Assembly: GCA_937125225.1 (NCBI GenBank)
Contig: CAKZLE010000004.1
Coordinates: 14,557-78,556 of the forward strand
Direction of reading: 5' to 3'
Source: an uncultured Spirochaetia bacterium
GTDB taxonomy: Bacteria > Spirochaetota > Spirochaetia > CAKZLE01
Length of the DNA: 64,000 nt
A program made the translations under genes and the position numbers. This document shows positions 1-9,400 of the stretch, piece by piece. Under the pieces are notes generated by a model. It was not told where the DNA came from, did not search any database, and saw only the letters and a program-made list of their open reading frames with translations. Numbering within the stretch: the first letter of the stretch is position 1; every line of letters begins with the position of its first letter.

Positions 1-756
1 AAGAACGGTATCACAATCGATAACGAACGGTTCTGTGCCATCCCTTGGGGTAATCTCCACTGCTTCCACCCGATCCTTACCTCGAATCTCACTGACAACA
101 TGGTTCAGGTAGAGGGGGATACCGAAATCATTCAGACACTGTACGATGTTACGGGTGAGCCCGGCTGGATAGGGTTGGATCTCTACTACTGCCTTCACCT
201 TGGCTCCGACCCAACTCATCCGGCGGGCCATGATGAGTCCGATATCACCGCTTCCGACTATAACAACCTCTTTACCGGGAATATATCCCTCAATATTGAC
301 CAATCGCTGGGCTAGTCCAGCGGTATAGACTCCACTTGGTCTTGTACCAGGAGTCCCGATATTCCCACGGTTCCGCTCCCTGCAGCCCATGGCTAGGACA
401 ACTGCTCTTACCTCAAAACAGACCATCCCGTGTTCAGCACTGAAGCCGTAGACCTTATGACGGTCTTCTACATCTTTTCCTGGGGTGATCTCGGTGATAG
501 TCATCCCTAGATGGACGGGAATCTGCTGTTCGTTCACCAGCTCAGAAAAACGCTCGGCATATTCCGGGCCAGTGAGTTCTTCTTTGAAGTGGTGCAGGCC
601 AAAGCCGTTATGGATACATTGATTGAGGATTCCTCCTAACACATGATCCCTTTCCACTAGGACTACATCTCGGCCAAGTTCTTTGAGCTCTGTTGCTGCA
701 GCCATTCCCGCAGCTCCTCCACCGATGACGAGGACATCTCTATTCTCTATCTTCAT
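1..756 (-). CDS. NAD(P)/FAD-dependent oxidoreductase (partner of GlpA-like subunit), runs off the window edge
   Basis: Not in the ORF track because it has no stop in the window. Manual translation from ATG 756: MKIENRDVLVIGGGAAGMAAA...LGGILNQCIHNGFGLHHFKEELTGPEYA. Rossmann GxGxxG present; ATGA overlap with the upstream gene stop. Confidence 0.85.
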   Translation of the reverse strand, partial: MKIENRDVLVIGGGAAGMAAATELKELGRDVVLVERDHVLGGILNQCIHNGFGLHHFKEELTGPEYAERFSELVNEQQIPVHLGMTITEITPGKDVEDRHKVYGFSAEHGMVCFEVRAVVLAMGCRERNRGNIGTPGTRPSGVYTAGLAQRLVNIEGYIPGKEVVIVGSGDIGLIMARRMSWVGAKVKAVVEIQPYPAGLTRNIVQCLNDFGIPLYLNHVVSEIRGKDRVEAVEITPRDGTEPFVIDCDTVL

Positions 757-2210
757 ACCATCTCCTCTACTGACAGATCGCCGACCTTGGCATTCACAAT
801 ATAACTTCCACTTCCTCGTTTCGTGAGATCCTCAATAGTCTGACCAGTCTCCCGTTGGAGTATCTGCAGGATACGGAAGGTGCAAAAGCCTCCCTGACAG
901 CGTCCCATTCGTGCTCGGGTATAGAATTTGATCCCATCTAACGTCTTATGTCCCCGCCTGATCGCTGCTACGATCTCAGCCTCTGAGACTGACTCACAGC
1001 GACAGACGACTTCTCCATAGGCTGGGTTTTCGGCGATGAGCTTGTCTAACTCTTCTTTTTCCGTCCCACGGAATCGGGGAACCGCTTCAATCTCGGGGTC
1101 GTATTCAGGATTCTCTTCCAAGATTAGACCAGCTTTTCTCAGGAGGTCCTTGACGTATTCCCCAATAGCCGGGGCTGCGGTAAGACCGGGGCTCTGAATA
1201 CCCGCTACCTGAACGAACCTGGGTGCTTCCTTGCTCACGTCTATATAGAAATCATTTCCTTTCAGGACTGGTCTCAGACCAGCAAAACTGGTGATGATAT
1301 CTCTCTCCGACACAGTAGGGACCAGGCGTCGAGCGGAATAGAAGACCTGTTCGAAATTTCCTTGGGTAGTGGCTTTATCCTCTTTGTCATCTCCAATGAT
1401 CGCTGTAGGACCTACCATAGTAGTCCCTTCAACCGTGGGTATCACTAACATTCCCTTACTGACTTTGCTAGGGACCGGGAAGATGATTCTTTGTGTGAAG
1501 GCTGATGCGTTTCGGTCAAGGAGGAACTCTTCACCTTTTCGAGGTGTTATCTTGAAATCTTCAGCCCCAAAGATGCTGCTGATCTTATCAGCATAAAGCC
1601 CAGCGGCATTGATCACCCATTTAGCTTGGATCGTCTGTCCTGATTCTCCTGTTATGAGGTAGCAACCATCTTTTTCTTCAGCTTGTGAAACGTTGAAATC
1701 AGTTTTGAGTTGTACACCGTTCTTTAAAGCCGACTCCATGAGGCTATAGACGAATTGATAGGGTTCGATCATACCCCCACCAGGGGCATGAAGTCCTCCG
1801 ACCACATCGGGATTCAGCTTTGGTTCCAAGGATAGGATCCGGCTGCGGGAGCAGAGTTCTATACCGATGGCCCCATTATCTAAACCGTTTTGGTAGAGTT
1901 CCTCCACAGTTCGCATCTCTTCTGTGCTGAAGGCAGCCACTAGGATACCATTCCGTCGAAAGGGAAAGTGCAGCTCCTTCTGAAGCTGATCGAACATGAG
2001 GTTTCCTTTCATCTCAAGGTGACTCTTTAAGGCACCTTTCCCGTGATGAAACCCTCCATGTATAATCCCTGAATTCGCTTTGGATACCCCAAAGCTCACA
2101 TCGGTCTCTTTTTCGAGAAGAACCGTCTTAAGCTTATAGGCACTCATTCTACGGGCTATTGCCGCACCACTTACCCCACCACCAATAATAGCTATATCGA
2201 AACAATCCAT
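753..2210 (-). CDS. FAD-dependent oxidoreductase, GlpA/LhgO-like, with C-terminal BFD-like [2Fe-2S] domain (probable glycerol-3-phosphate dehydrogenase subunit)
   Basis: IIGGGVSG, SKANSGIIHGG, GIQSPGLTAAPAIG; C-terminal VCRCE...RARMGRCQGGFC. Confidence 0.88.
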   Translation of the reverse strand: MDCFDIAIIGGGVSGAAIARRMSAYKLKTVLLEKETDVSFGVSKANSGIIHGGFHHGKGALKSHLEMKGNLMFDQLQKELHFPFRRNGILVAAFSTEEMRTVEELYQNGLDNGAIGIELCSRSRILSLEPKLNPDVVGGLHAPGGGMIEPYQFVYSLMESALKNGVQLKTDFNVSQAEEKDGCYLITGESGQTIQAKWVINAAGLYADKISSIFGAEDFKITPRKGEEFLLDRNASAFTQRIIFPVPSKVSKGMLVIPTVEGTTMVGPTAIIGDDKEDKATTQGNFEQVFYSARRLVPTVSERDIITSFAGLRPVLKGNDFYIDVSKEAPRFVQVAGIQSPGLTAAPAIGEYVKDLLRKAGLILEENPEYDPEIEAVPRFRGTEKEELDKLIAENPAYGEVVCRCESVSEAEIVAAIRRGHKTLDGIKFYTRARMGRCQGGFCTFRILQILQRETGQTIEDLTKRGSGSYIVNAKVGDLSVEEMV

Positions 2211-2339
2211 TTGACACCCCTTGTTAAGATAGGGTTAGCCTATACTTTATTTGAACGTTTGACGAGTCTTTATGAACCTTTTGAAGGTAGAAATGTTCGT
2301 TTGTTAATTAATATGATCTAATTTAAGGTTAACCTAAGG

Positions 2340-2686
2340 GAAACCGGTCACCACTTCCCTTATCTTCGGCATCAGCTTGTGCATATTCAGCATTATATTC
2401 GCTTCTTTCGAAGGGCGGATTTGATATCTTATGTTTCCCAATAGTACTCCTAGTGCCTTTGCACTTCTGGTTCTGGTATACCTCCCTGATCCGCAGTAAT
2501 AATATTGCAATTGAATCCTCTCTTCCTAGGAGAGATGGGTATGCCGTGTCCCATTTGTTATGATAAACTTGTTTCGTCCCATGGTTCCTCTACTTTGATG
2601 GTTGTTAAGTAGTTTCATCTTAGCAGAGTTCTGTCGGACTTTCTTTTTTTCTCCTTTTTTTCGCGTGCATTTCATTTTACTGCACG
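2340..2686 (-). mobile_element. Degenerate IS30-family element (left end plus 5' part of transposase)
   Basis: From ATG 2582 on the minus strand: MGRNKFIITNGTRHTHLS*EERIQLQYYY...SAKALGVLLG (HLSxEER HTH start, in-frame TAG 2526-2528), then EYNAEYAQ in another frame at 2377-2400. Confidence 0.7.
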
Positions 2687-2713
2687 AGGAACTACGAAAA
2701 ATCATAAAAAATA

Positions 2714-2742
2714 TTGACAGCAATTACTTATGCCCCTATTAT
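2714..2742 (+). promoter_or_regulatory. sigma70-type promoter
   Basis: TTGACA-17 bp-TATTAT upstream of the URO-D-family gene. Confidence 0.55.
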
Positions 2743-2863
2743 ATACAGACACAAGTCAGTTCATGAATAACTGTTGCATGTTGATAGAGTTGGTTTTCAG
2801 GTTAGAGTATTTGAACACTAACAGTAGAGTTCAGCGGTAGGTTCTTTTGAGGATTGATTTTTT

Positions 2864-2899
2864 TTATCATGAAATGTATACGTATACATTCTATGATAA
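2864..2899. promoter_or_regulatory. Palindromic operator (GntR-like)
   Basis: Perfect 18-bp palindrome AATGTATACGTATACATT (2873-2890) extended by TTATCAT...ATGATAA arms. Confidence 0.6.
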
Positions 2900-2998
2900 C
2901 CAGAAGAACTGAGGTGTATGAAGTTGGATTTGTGTAAATATATGAGAGAAGTTCCTGATCATTCAGTGGTCAGCGTACATTATTAGGAGGTACATTTT

Positions 2999-4042
2999 AT
3001 GTCATCATTACGAGAGCGGAATTTTCGACGCCTAAAACAGAGTATTGCTGGAGAAAAATCAGATAGACATGCTGTTTTCCATTACTATACCTATCCCTTT
3101 TTTCAGTCAATGACGGGAGTGGATCTGAATGATTTCTTTCATGACCCTGAAGTGACACTGAAATGCGAGATAGATACATTTAATCAGATAGAGGGGGTAG
3201 GAAACCCACTCCCAGATATGGGTTCTGTACCAGTAGCAAGCGGACTAGGTGGAGTTGTGAAATTCGATGATGCCGGTTTCATATCAGTGCATCCGAATCC
3301 AAAGATCGTATCTGCTGAGACAGTGGAAGACCTAGACTGGCTTGAAGCGGGTGATCCCTATGCTGATAATTATATGTGCAAAGCTCTTGAATCCCTCCAG
3401 TATATGGTAGATAACTGTCCTAAAGATTATAAGATCAATCCTCACCCAATACAGGGAGCCTATACAACCGGTGCGAATATCCGGGGAATCAGTGAATTCT
3501 GTATTGATACGCTCATTCAGCCAGAATTTGTGAAGAAGATCCTTGATGTTGTTATTGAAACTCAGATCCGTTTCCTGGAGGCTCAGAAAAAGATTCTTGG
3601 TTCTTTGTCACATATTCTAGTTGGTGATGACCTTTCTGCTTTCCTGAGTGAACCGGTATACCGGGAGTTCATTCTTCCTACCTACTCAGCATTGTTCGAG
3701 GCGTTCCCTGACACTCCGTTCTGGCTCCACAATGATTCTACTGCAAGACACGTAGCACCGGCTATTGGAGATTCCGGGATGAAGGCTTGGCATTATCATC
3801 CAGATATTGCTCCTCAGGATGCTCTGGAAATGACTGGAGGTAGAGTGACCCTCTTAGGAGGATTGAGTCCCCTTGATCTTCAGAAATGGTCTGCTAAGGA
3901 AACCTATGACAAGAGTATTGAGATTCTGAAATCTTTTGGTGGGAATAGTAAGTTCGTCCTGGCTGCCGGTGGTTCTGTTAATCAGGTACCTGTTGAGAAT
4001 ATCATGGCTATGTTCAGAGCAGCAGATGATTTTGAGATCTAA
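2999..4042 (+). CDS. Uroporphyrinogen decarboxylase family protein (URO-D / MtaA-CmuA methyltransferase-like)
   Basis: GAYTTGANIRG, VGDDLSAFLSEPVYREFILP, WLHND, LLGGLSP, FVLAAGG; SD AGGAGG. Confidence 0.85.
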   Translation: MSSLRERNFRRLKQSIAGEKSDRHAVFHYYTYPFFQSMTGVDLNDFFHDPEVTLKCEIDTFNQIEGVGNPLPDMGSVPVASGLGGVVKFDDAGFISVHPNPKIVSAETVEDLDWLEAGDPYADNYMCKALESLQYMVDNCPKDYKINPHPIQGAYTTGANIRGISEFCIDTLIQPEFVKKILDVVIETQIRFLEAQKKILGSLSHILVGDDLSAFLSEPVYREFILPTYSALFEAFPDTPFWLHNDSTARHVAPAIGDSGMKAWHYHPDIAPQDALEMTGGRVTLLGGLSPLDLQKWSAKETYDKSIEILKSFGGNSKFVLAAGGSVNQVPVENIMAMFRAADDFEI

Positions 4043-4123
4043 TATGCACGACGATTTGACTTATCAGAGAGTATCAGCTTACTGATGACTCTGTTTGAAT
4101 TTTCATATCTTAGAGTATCCATA

Positions 4124-4169
4124 TGAAGAGATGGGCTCTTTACCACTTGGTAAGGAGCCCATCTCTTCA
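4124..4169. terminator. Long hairpin downstream of URO-D gene
   Basis: TGAAGAGATGGGCTCTTTACCA / TGGTAAGGAGCCCATCTCTTCA, 22-bp stem with one G-U. Confidence 0.6.
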
Positions 4170-4711
4170 GATAGTAGTACTACGAGAGATAGTCTTATAG
4201 GCTACGGTTTTCAAGTTTTGAATCAAAGTCATCCTGAATACCCCATAGGTTATTTTCATCTACATAACATACAATTGAAAGTTAAGGCTATCCAAGTATC
4301 GTTCATTGGGTATGAGTAAGCTTGTTTAGTTTTCTATATGTTATATGCAAAAATCTTCTATAAAACGAAAGGACCTCCTATGTACCATTCTTTTTCTTGA
4401 GGATTAGAATGAGGTCTATGGTCTTTATCTTAACCGACGGATAGGAGCTTTTATTTTAGGAAACCGATAGGTCTTTTTCTGCTGTCTTAAGTAGAAGTAA
4501 TTGAAATATTTTAATTCACTGGCAAATTCACAACATATTAATAAGCCGATTTACTACATGTGAATACCCCATTGATACTACTCATATCCATATAAGGTGA
4601 GTATGTATAATAATGCGACTTAGTGCATAAAGAGGTGGAATCGTTTAATAGCGATGATGGAGAGCTCTAGATCTAAATACGATATTACAGAGCATGTAAT
4701 ATGATAAGAAT

Positions 4712-4740
4712 TTGACATGTTGTCATATTGTGATTATGTT
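4712..4740 (+). promoter_or_regulatory. sigma70-type promoter with overlapping inverted repeat
   Basis: TTGACA-17-TATGTT; TGACA-N3-TGTCA dyad over the -35. Confidence 0.5.
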
Positions 4741-4768
4741 ATGAAGGTATTCACTTAGGGAGGACTAT

Positions 4769-5548
4769 ATGGAAAGAATAAAATCATTACAAATTTGGTC
4801 ACTGATTAATTTGGGTATCCTTACTGCAGTCATTGTGATAAATGTCTTAGCTAGTACGTTACCATTAAACGGCCTAGATACTGGGCAATTATCTGATATG
4901 TATCCCAATCTGTTTGTCCCAGCTGGATTGACCTTTTCAATTTGGGGAGTCATCTATCTGTTGTTGATCAGCTTCGCATTGTTTGGGCTTTATACCGCAT
5001 TTACGAGCAGAGAATCTGCAAAACCATTAGAAAAGATTGGTAGCTGGTTTCTCATATCATCTTTGGTGAATATTGGGTGGATCTTTTCATGGCACTGGAA
5101 GATGCCTATCCTTTCATTAGTGTTCATGTTGGTCATCCTTTTTTCTCTTATCAGAATATATTTGGCCCAGCATCAGAATGTAGTTCCTACGAGCACGAAA
5201 GAGAAACTGTTCTTCACGGCTCCTTTTAGCGTGTATCTTGGTTGGATCACAGTTGCAACAATCGCCAATGTCACAACAGTGCTCGTTGATCTTGGCTGGT
5301 CAGGGGGACCATTCTCAGAAACGTTCTGGACGGCTTTCGTCATCATTGCTGCAGTCGTTATCACAGGAATCGTTCTATTTATTCAGGGTGACTTGTTGTA
5401 TGCAGCGGTAATCGTCTGGTCTCTTCTTGGTATCATTATCAAACGAAGTAACGTTGGGGATGCCCCCATAGTTGTGGCAGTAGCATCTATTGGTTTGGTG
5501 TTAATTATAATTTATGCCATCCTACGAAAGACTGTGATGACCAGATAG
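4769..5548 (+). CDS. TspO/MBR-related tryptophan-rich membrane protein
   Basis: About 8 TM helices; YPNLFVPAGLTFSIWGVIY, NIGWIFSWH, FSVYLGWITVATIAN. Confidence 0.8.
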   Translation: MERIKSLQIWSLINLGILTAVIVINVLASTLPLNGLDTGQLSDMYPNLFVPAGLTFSIWGVIYLLLISFALFGLYTAFTSRESAKPLEKIGSWFLISSLVNIGWIFSWHWKMPILSLVFMLVILFSLIRIYLAQHQNVVPTSTKEKLFFTAPFSVYLGWITVATIANVTTVLVDLGWSGGPFSETFWTAFVIIAAVVITGIVLFIQGDLLYAAVIVWSLLGIIIKRSNVGDAPIVVAVASIGLVLIIIYAILRKTVMTR

Positions 5549-5592
5549 CATCAATTATCAGTAGGAAAACAACATCTTATCAATCCGTACTT

Positions 5593-5625
5593 GCCCCTTA
5601 TAACTCTAAAGTAAGGGGTTTTCTT
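5593..5625 (+). terminator. Rho-independent terminator
   Basis: GCCCCTTA...TAAGGGGT followed by TTTCTT. Confidence 0.5.
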
Positions 5626-5672
5626 ATAAACTACTGTGATGGGTTACATTGTCTAAAAGGGTAGTATGTCTG

Positions 5673-5904
5673 TAGTTGGAAAGTCATAGGTGTTATCCTG
5701 TTCTTGACGTAGAACGGGAACCGGTGACCGTGTAGATGAGGTTTGTGATGGATGCTCAATACTCAGACATCCCTCAATAAAAAAGATACACTTGCTGGTC
5801 ACCGAAGACTACTTCGTGACTTCCCGGGGATTCTCCCCGGGAATGATCTCAATAATAAACATGAAGGACATCTACGAATTTCCTGTCATAAAGTTTCCCA
5901 ACTA
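5673..5904 (+). ncRNA. Structured non-coding left end of an IS110 remnant; candidate bridge RNA
   Basis: Stems 5696-5704/5711-5719, 5722-5729/5797-5804 (enclosing an internal loop and a GGATG/CATCC hairpin), 5812-5818/5860-5866 and 5821-5830/5834-5843; lies directly 5' of the IS110 recombinase start. Confidence 0.5.
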
Positions 5905-5932
5905 TCCATTGATTCATTTTGAGGAGGCTGCC

Positions 5933-6049
5933 ATGATAGACAGACCTTTACGATTGACGGCAACTAGGATCATCGGATTGGATCTTCCCAAGAAGACGCT
6001 GGTTGGATGTATGCTTCTCGATGAAGAAGATTTCTTAAAAACCTCATGA
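5933..6049 (+). pseudogene. IS110-family recombinase, N-terminal fragment
   Basis: SD GAGGAGG (5921-5927) then MIDRPLRLTATRIIGLDLPKKTLVGCML; IGLDLxKK is the first RuvC-like DEDD Asp motif; truncated after 38 codons. Confidence 0.7.
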
Positions 6050-6466
6050 GATTTCAACTTGTCGTGAATTCTTTCTTCTTAGACTCTCTAGGGGGAGTTT
6101 TTGTATAAAGCTAAGCTTGGGCATCTTGTCCAAGAGGCCTCTTTAGACTCAGTAGTACAGAATATCTGTTACATACTTCTTTCTCTTACCTTACAAAGAG
6201 GTCCACGAGATATTCTCTAAAAACAATATCAGATTCTCAAATATTCAAACTACTTACATCTTGTTTTACCATATGAAACAAACGAAAATCCCGAGCATCA
6301 CAAGAAAAAGTGAATACCACGTAAATCTGTGATGTTACCCATGGCTCAATAATAATTGAAAAACTCTAAGTATAGTGATAGCATGTATATAAGAGAGTGA
6401 AATCTAGCTAAAAATAGAATATACAGCTTGTAGATTCAAATAAAATTGTTAATCTGAGGGGTTACT

Positions 6467-9400
6467 ATGTACAAAAGGAGATCTGTTTCTGCCATCGTCG
6501 TCTTTATAATCATATTTATGAGTATCTTCACGATCGGTTGTCCGGTCGTCCCTGTGGAACCTGATACCGGAGATCTTACGATCACTTTACCGACAAGTCT
6601 ATCTGGCAGCAGAGATATCGACCCTGATATCTCCCTGATACCAGCCACATTCACTATCACGGGGGCAGGCCCGGAAGGAGCTTCATTCTCTGTGAGTGAT
6701 TTTAGTGGAACCATGTTCTCCAGACCTGGTCTTACCATAGGTTCTTGGGCGATCACTGTCTCAGCCTACAATGCGGATGGGACTCTTATCGGTGATGGAT
6801 CAGGGACCGTGGATCTCACCATCGATGGTGCTAATTTGCCCATTTCTATCAATATACTTCCCGGAGATGGGACGATCGATATCGTTGTCTCATTTGACAC
6901 CTATTTGATGGAGGACCCCAGGATCACCGCGACACTCTCTCCGACATCCCGTGCGATCAATTCCTTTAGCGTGACTTCTGATGTGGTGAATGGAAGGGCT
7001 ATCTGCCGTGCTGCTGGGTATGCAGCAGGGGATTATACCCTGACTGTGAACCTCTATGAAGGATTATCCCTTATGGAGACGAAACAGGAGAGTGTCCGGG
7101 TGATCAAGGACCTTCCCACCGTTGGAGCTGTGAGCTTCGGTACCACCACCCACGCTTTTGGCTCTCTCTCAAGACCGATCATCCTTAATCATGAGATACC
7201 TCTTGCCGTTGAGATCAGTTCTGCTGCAGATACGAAGACCGAAGATGAGACATTGGTCCTCACTGCATCAGTCACGAGTTTCGATGCCCCCATCGATTAC
7301 GTCTGGTATGTGGACAGAACTATTGCAGGAGTAGGTCCCTCATATACTCTCGGTAGTAATCTGGCTATCGGAACCTATACGGTCAAAGTCGCAGCAGTCA
7401 ATGCTGATGGGACGAGAGCTGGTAGTGATATCAAGATTATCACCGTCACATCAGGAGAACAGACAGAGCCAGTCTATTCGATCCCTCTGACATTCGTGGA
7501 AGGTGGGACCTTCACGATGGGGGGAACTGATAACGGTCCGACTCACGATGTCACCTTGGGTGATTTCTATATCGGGACCTATGAGATAACTCATGGTGAT
7601 TTCTACCATGGGGCAGAAGTGTATACCTCCGGTAGTTACCAGAGGGGCTCCTCATATCCGGCTGACAATATCTCTTGGTATAGGGCGCTCGCTTTCTGTA
7701 ATGAATTGAGTATCACAGATGGACTTACCCCGGTCTATACGATCAAGGGGAGTACCGATCCTGATGACTGGGATTCCACCTCAATACCCTCATCGTATGA
7801 TGATGATTGGGATGCGGTAATAGTAGATTGGACGGCACATGGATACCGTCTACCGACCGAGGCTGAGTGGGAATATGCTGCACGGGGAGGCAACAATGCA
7901 TCTGATACCCTCTATGCAGGGAGTAACACCATCGCTGATGTCTCTTGGTATCAGAATACGAGTTATGATGCTACCTGGAGCAAGAAAGTGACCCATCCTG
8001 TGGGTGAGAAGGCTGAGAACGAACTTCATATCTTCGATATGAGCGGGAATGTGGAAGAGTGGTGTTGGGATTGGTATAATGTTTATTCCACAGATGAACA
8101 GACTGACCCACACGATGCTACCCCACAGGACATGAAACACCGGGTACAGCGTGGTGGTGCCTATAACTACATAGATGATGCAAACAGAGTCTTTCATCGT
8201 AGAAGTTATGCTCCCTATAGTAGAACTGATTCTATGGGAATGAGGGTGGTCTTGAACCCCGGGGTCACCATGGTTCCGGTAACTGGGGTAGATATCATCG
8301 AAGATGATCAGGTGATGAATCTGTCAGGATCTCTGCAGTTACATACTGGTATTATCCCCTCCAATGCTACGATGCAGGAAGTGCTTTGGGAGAGTGACGA
8401 CCCTAGTATCATCTCTGTAGATGAGAATGGGCTTGTGACTGCGAATCAGGTTGGTGATACCGTGATCAGGGTGAAGACTGTTGACAGTAGACACGAAGAC
8501 TCGATCAATCTAGAGGTTAAGAACAGTTTGTTCGATTCAGCTACAATGGCTCGGGTTGAAGGTGGGACCTTCATGATGGGAGCTTACAAGCATCTTACGG
8601 GAAAAGAGACAACGGTAAGCAGTTTTTACATCAGTACTCATGAGGTGACTCAGAATGAGTATCTGTCTGTCATGGGTGAGAATCCCTCATACTTCCAAGA
8701 AGGTGATACCGGAAGTTGTCCGGTAGAGCAGGTGAACTGGTATGAGGCAGTCATCTATTGTAACAAACTCAGTGTCCAAGATGATCTGACCCCGGTATAT
8801 TCCATCACTGATGATCTGGGGGTCTTAATTACTGATACAGATCAGTGGATAGCTGATTATGAGGGTATTCCCGGTCGTGGTGATGATCCCTCCTATAATA
8901 TTGCTTGGCATGAGATCGAAGTCGACTGGCTTGCAGACGGCTATCGTCTACCGACCGAAGCTGAGTGGGAGTTTGCAGCCCATGGAGGCACTTCTACTGA
9001 AGGGTATCGATTCTCAGGAAGTGATACCATCGATGATGTTGCCTGGTATGGTGGTAACAGCAATAACAAGACACATGCTGTAGGTGAGTTGGCTCATAAT
9101 GAGCTCGGACTCTATGATATGAGCGGTAATGTGAGTGAATGGTGCTGGAGTAAGCTCGTCAGTTATGGAACTGGTCCACTCTTTAACCCCACCGGATCAG
9201 GTGATCCTGCTGAAGGCTCTAGCCAAGTAGAGCGAATGCATAAAGGGTACTACTATAATCTAGTTCCAGAAGCAAACAGTGATTACCTAGAGATTGGAGG
9301 AAGGGAGTACCGAGAACCTTCTCAAGATTCTCTCACGACAGGTTTTAGGATCGCTGCCCATGATAAGGGAGATGAGGTAAGGGTGACTGGTATCGAGATC

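Noticed and set aside
2918..2986. 22-codon uORF (MKLDLCKYMREVPDHSVVSVHY) whose stop overlaps the URO-D SD
   Set aside because: The GAGGTG is only 1 nt from the ATG and there is no attenuator signature; cannot be supported
2745..2998. Cobalamin or other riboswitch in the long URO-D leader
   Set aside because: No B12-box or other recognisable aptamer motif
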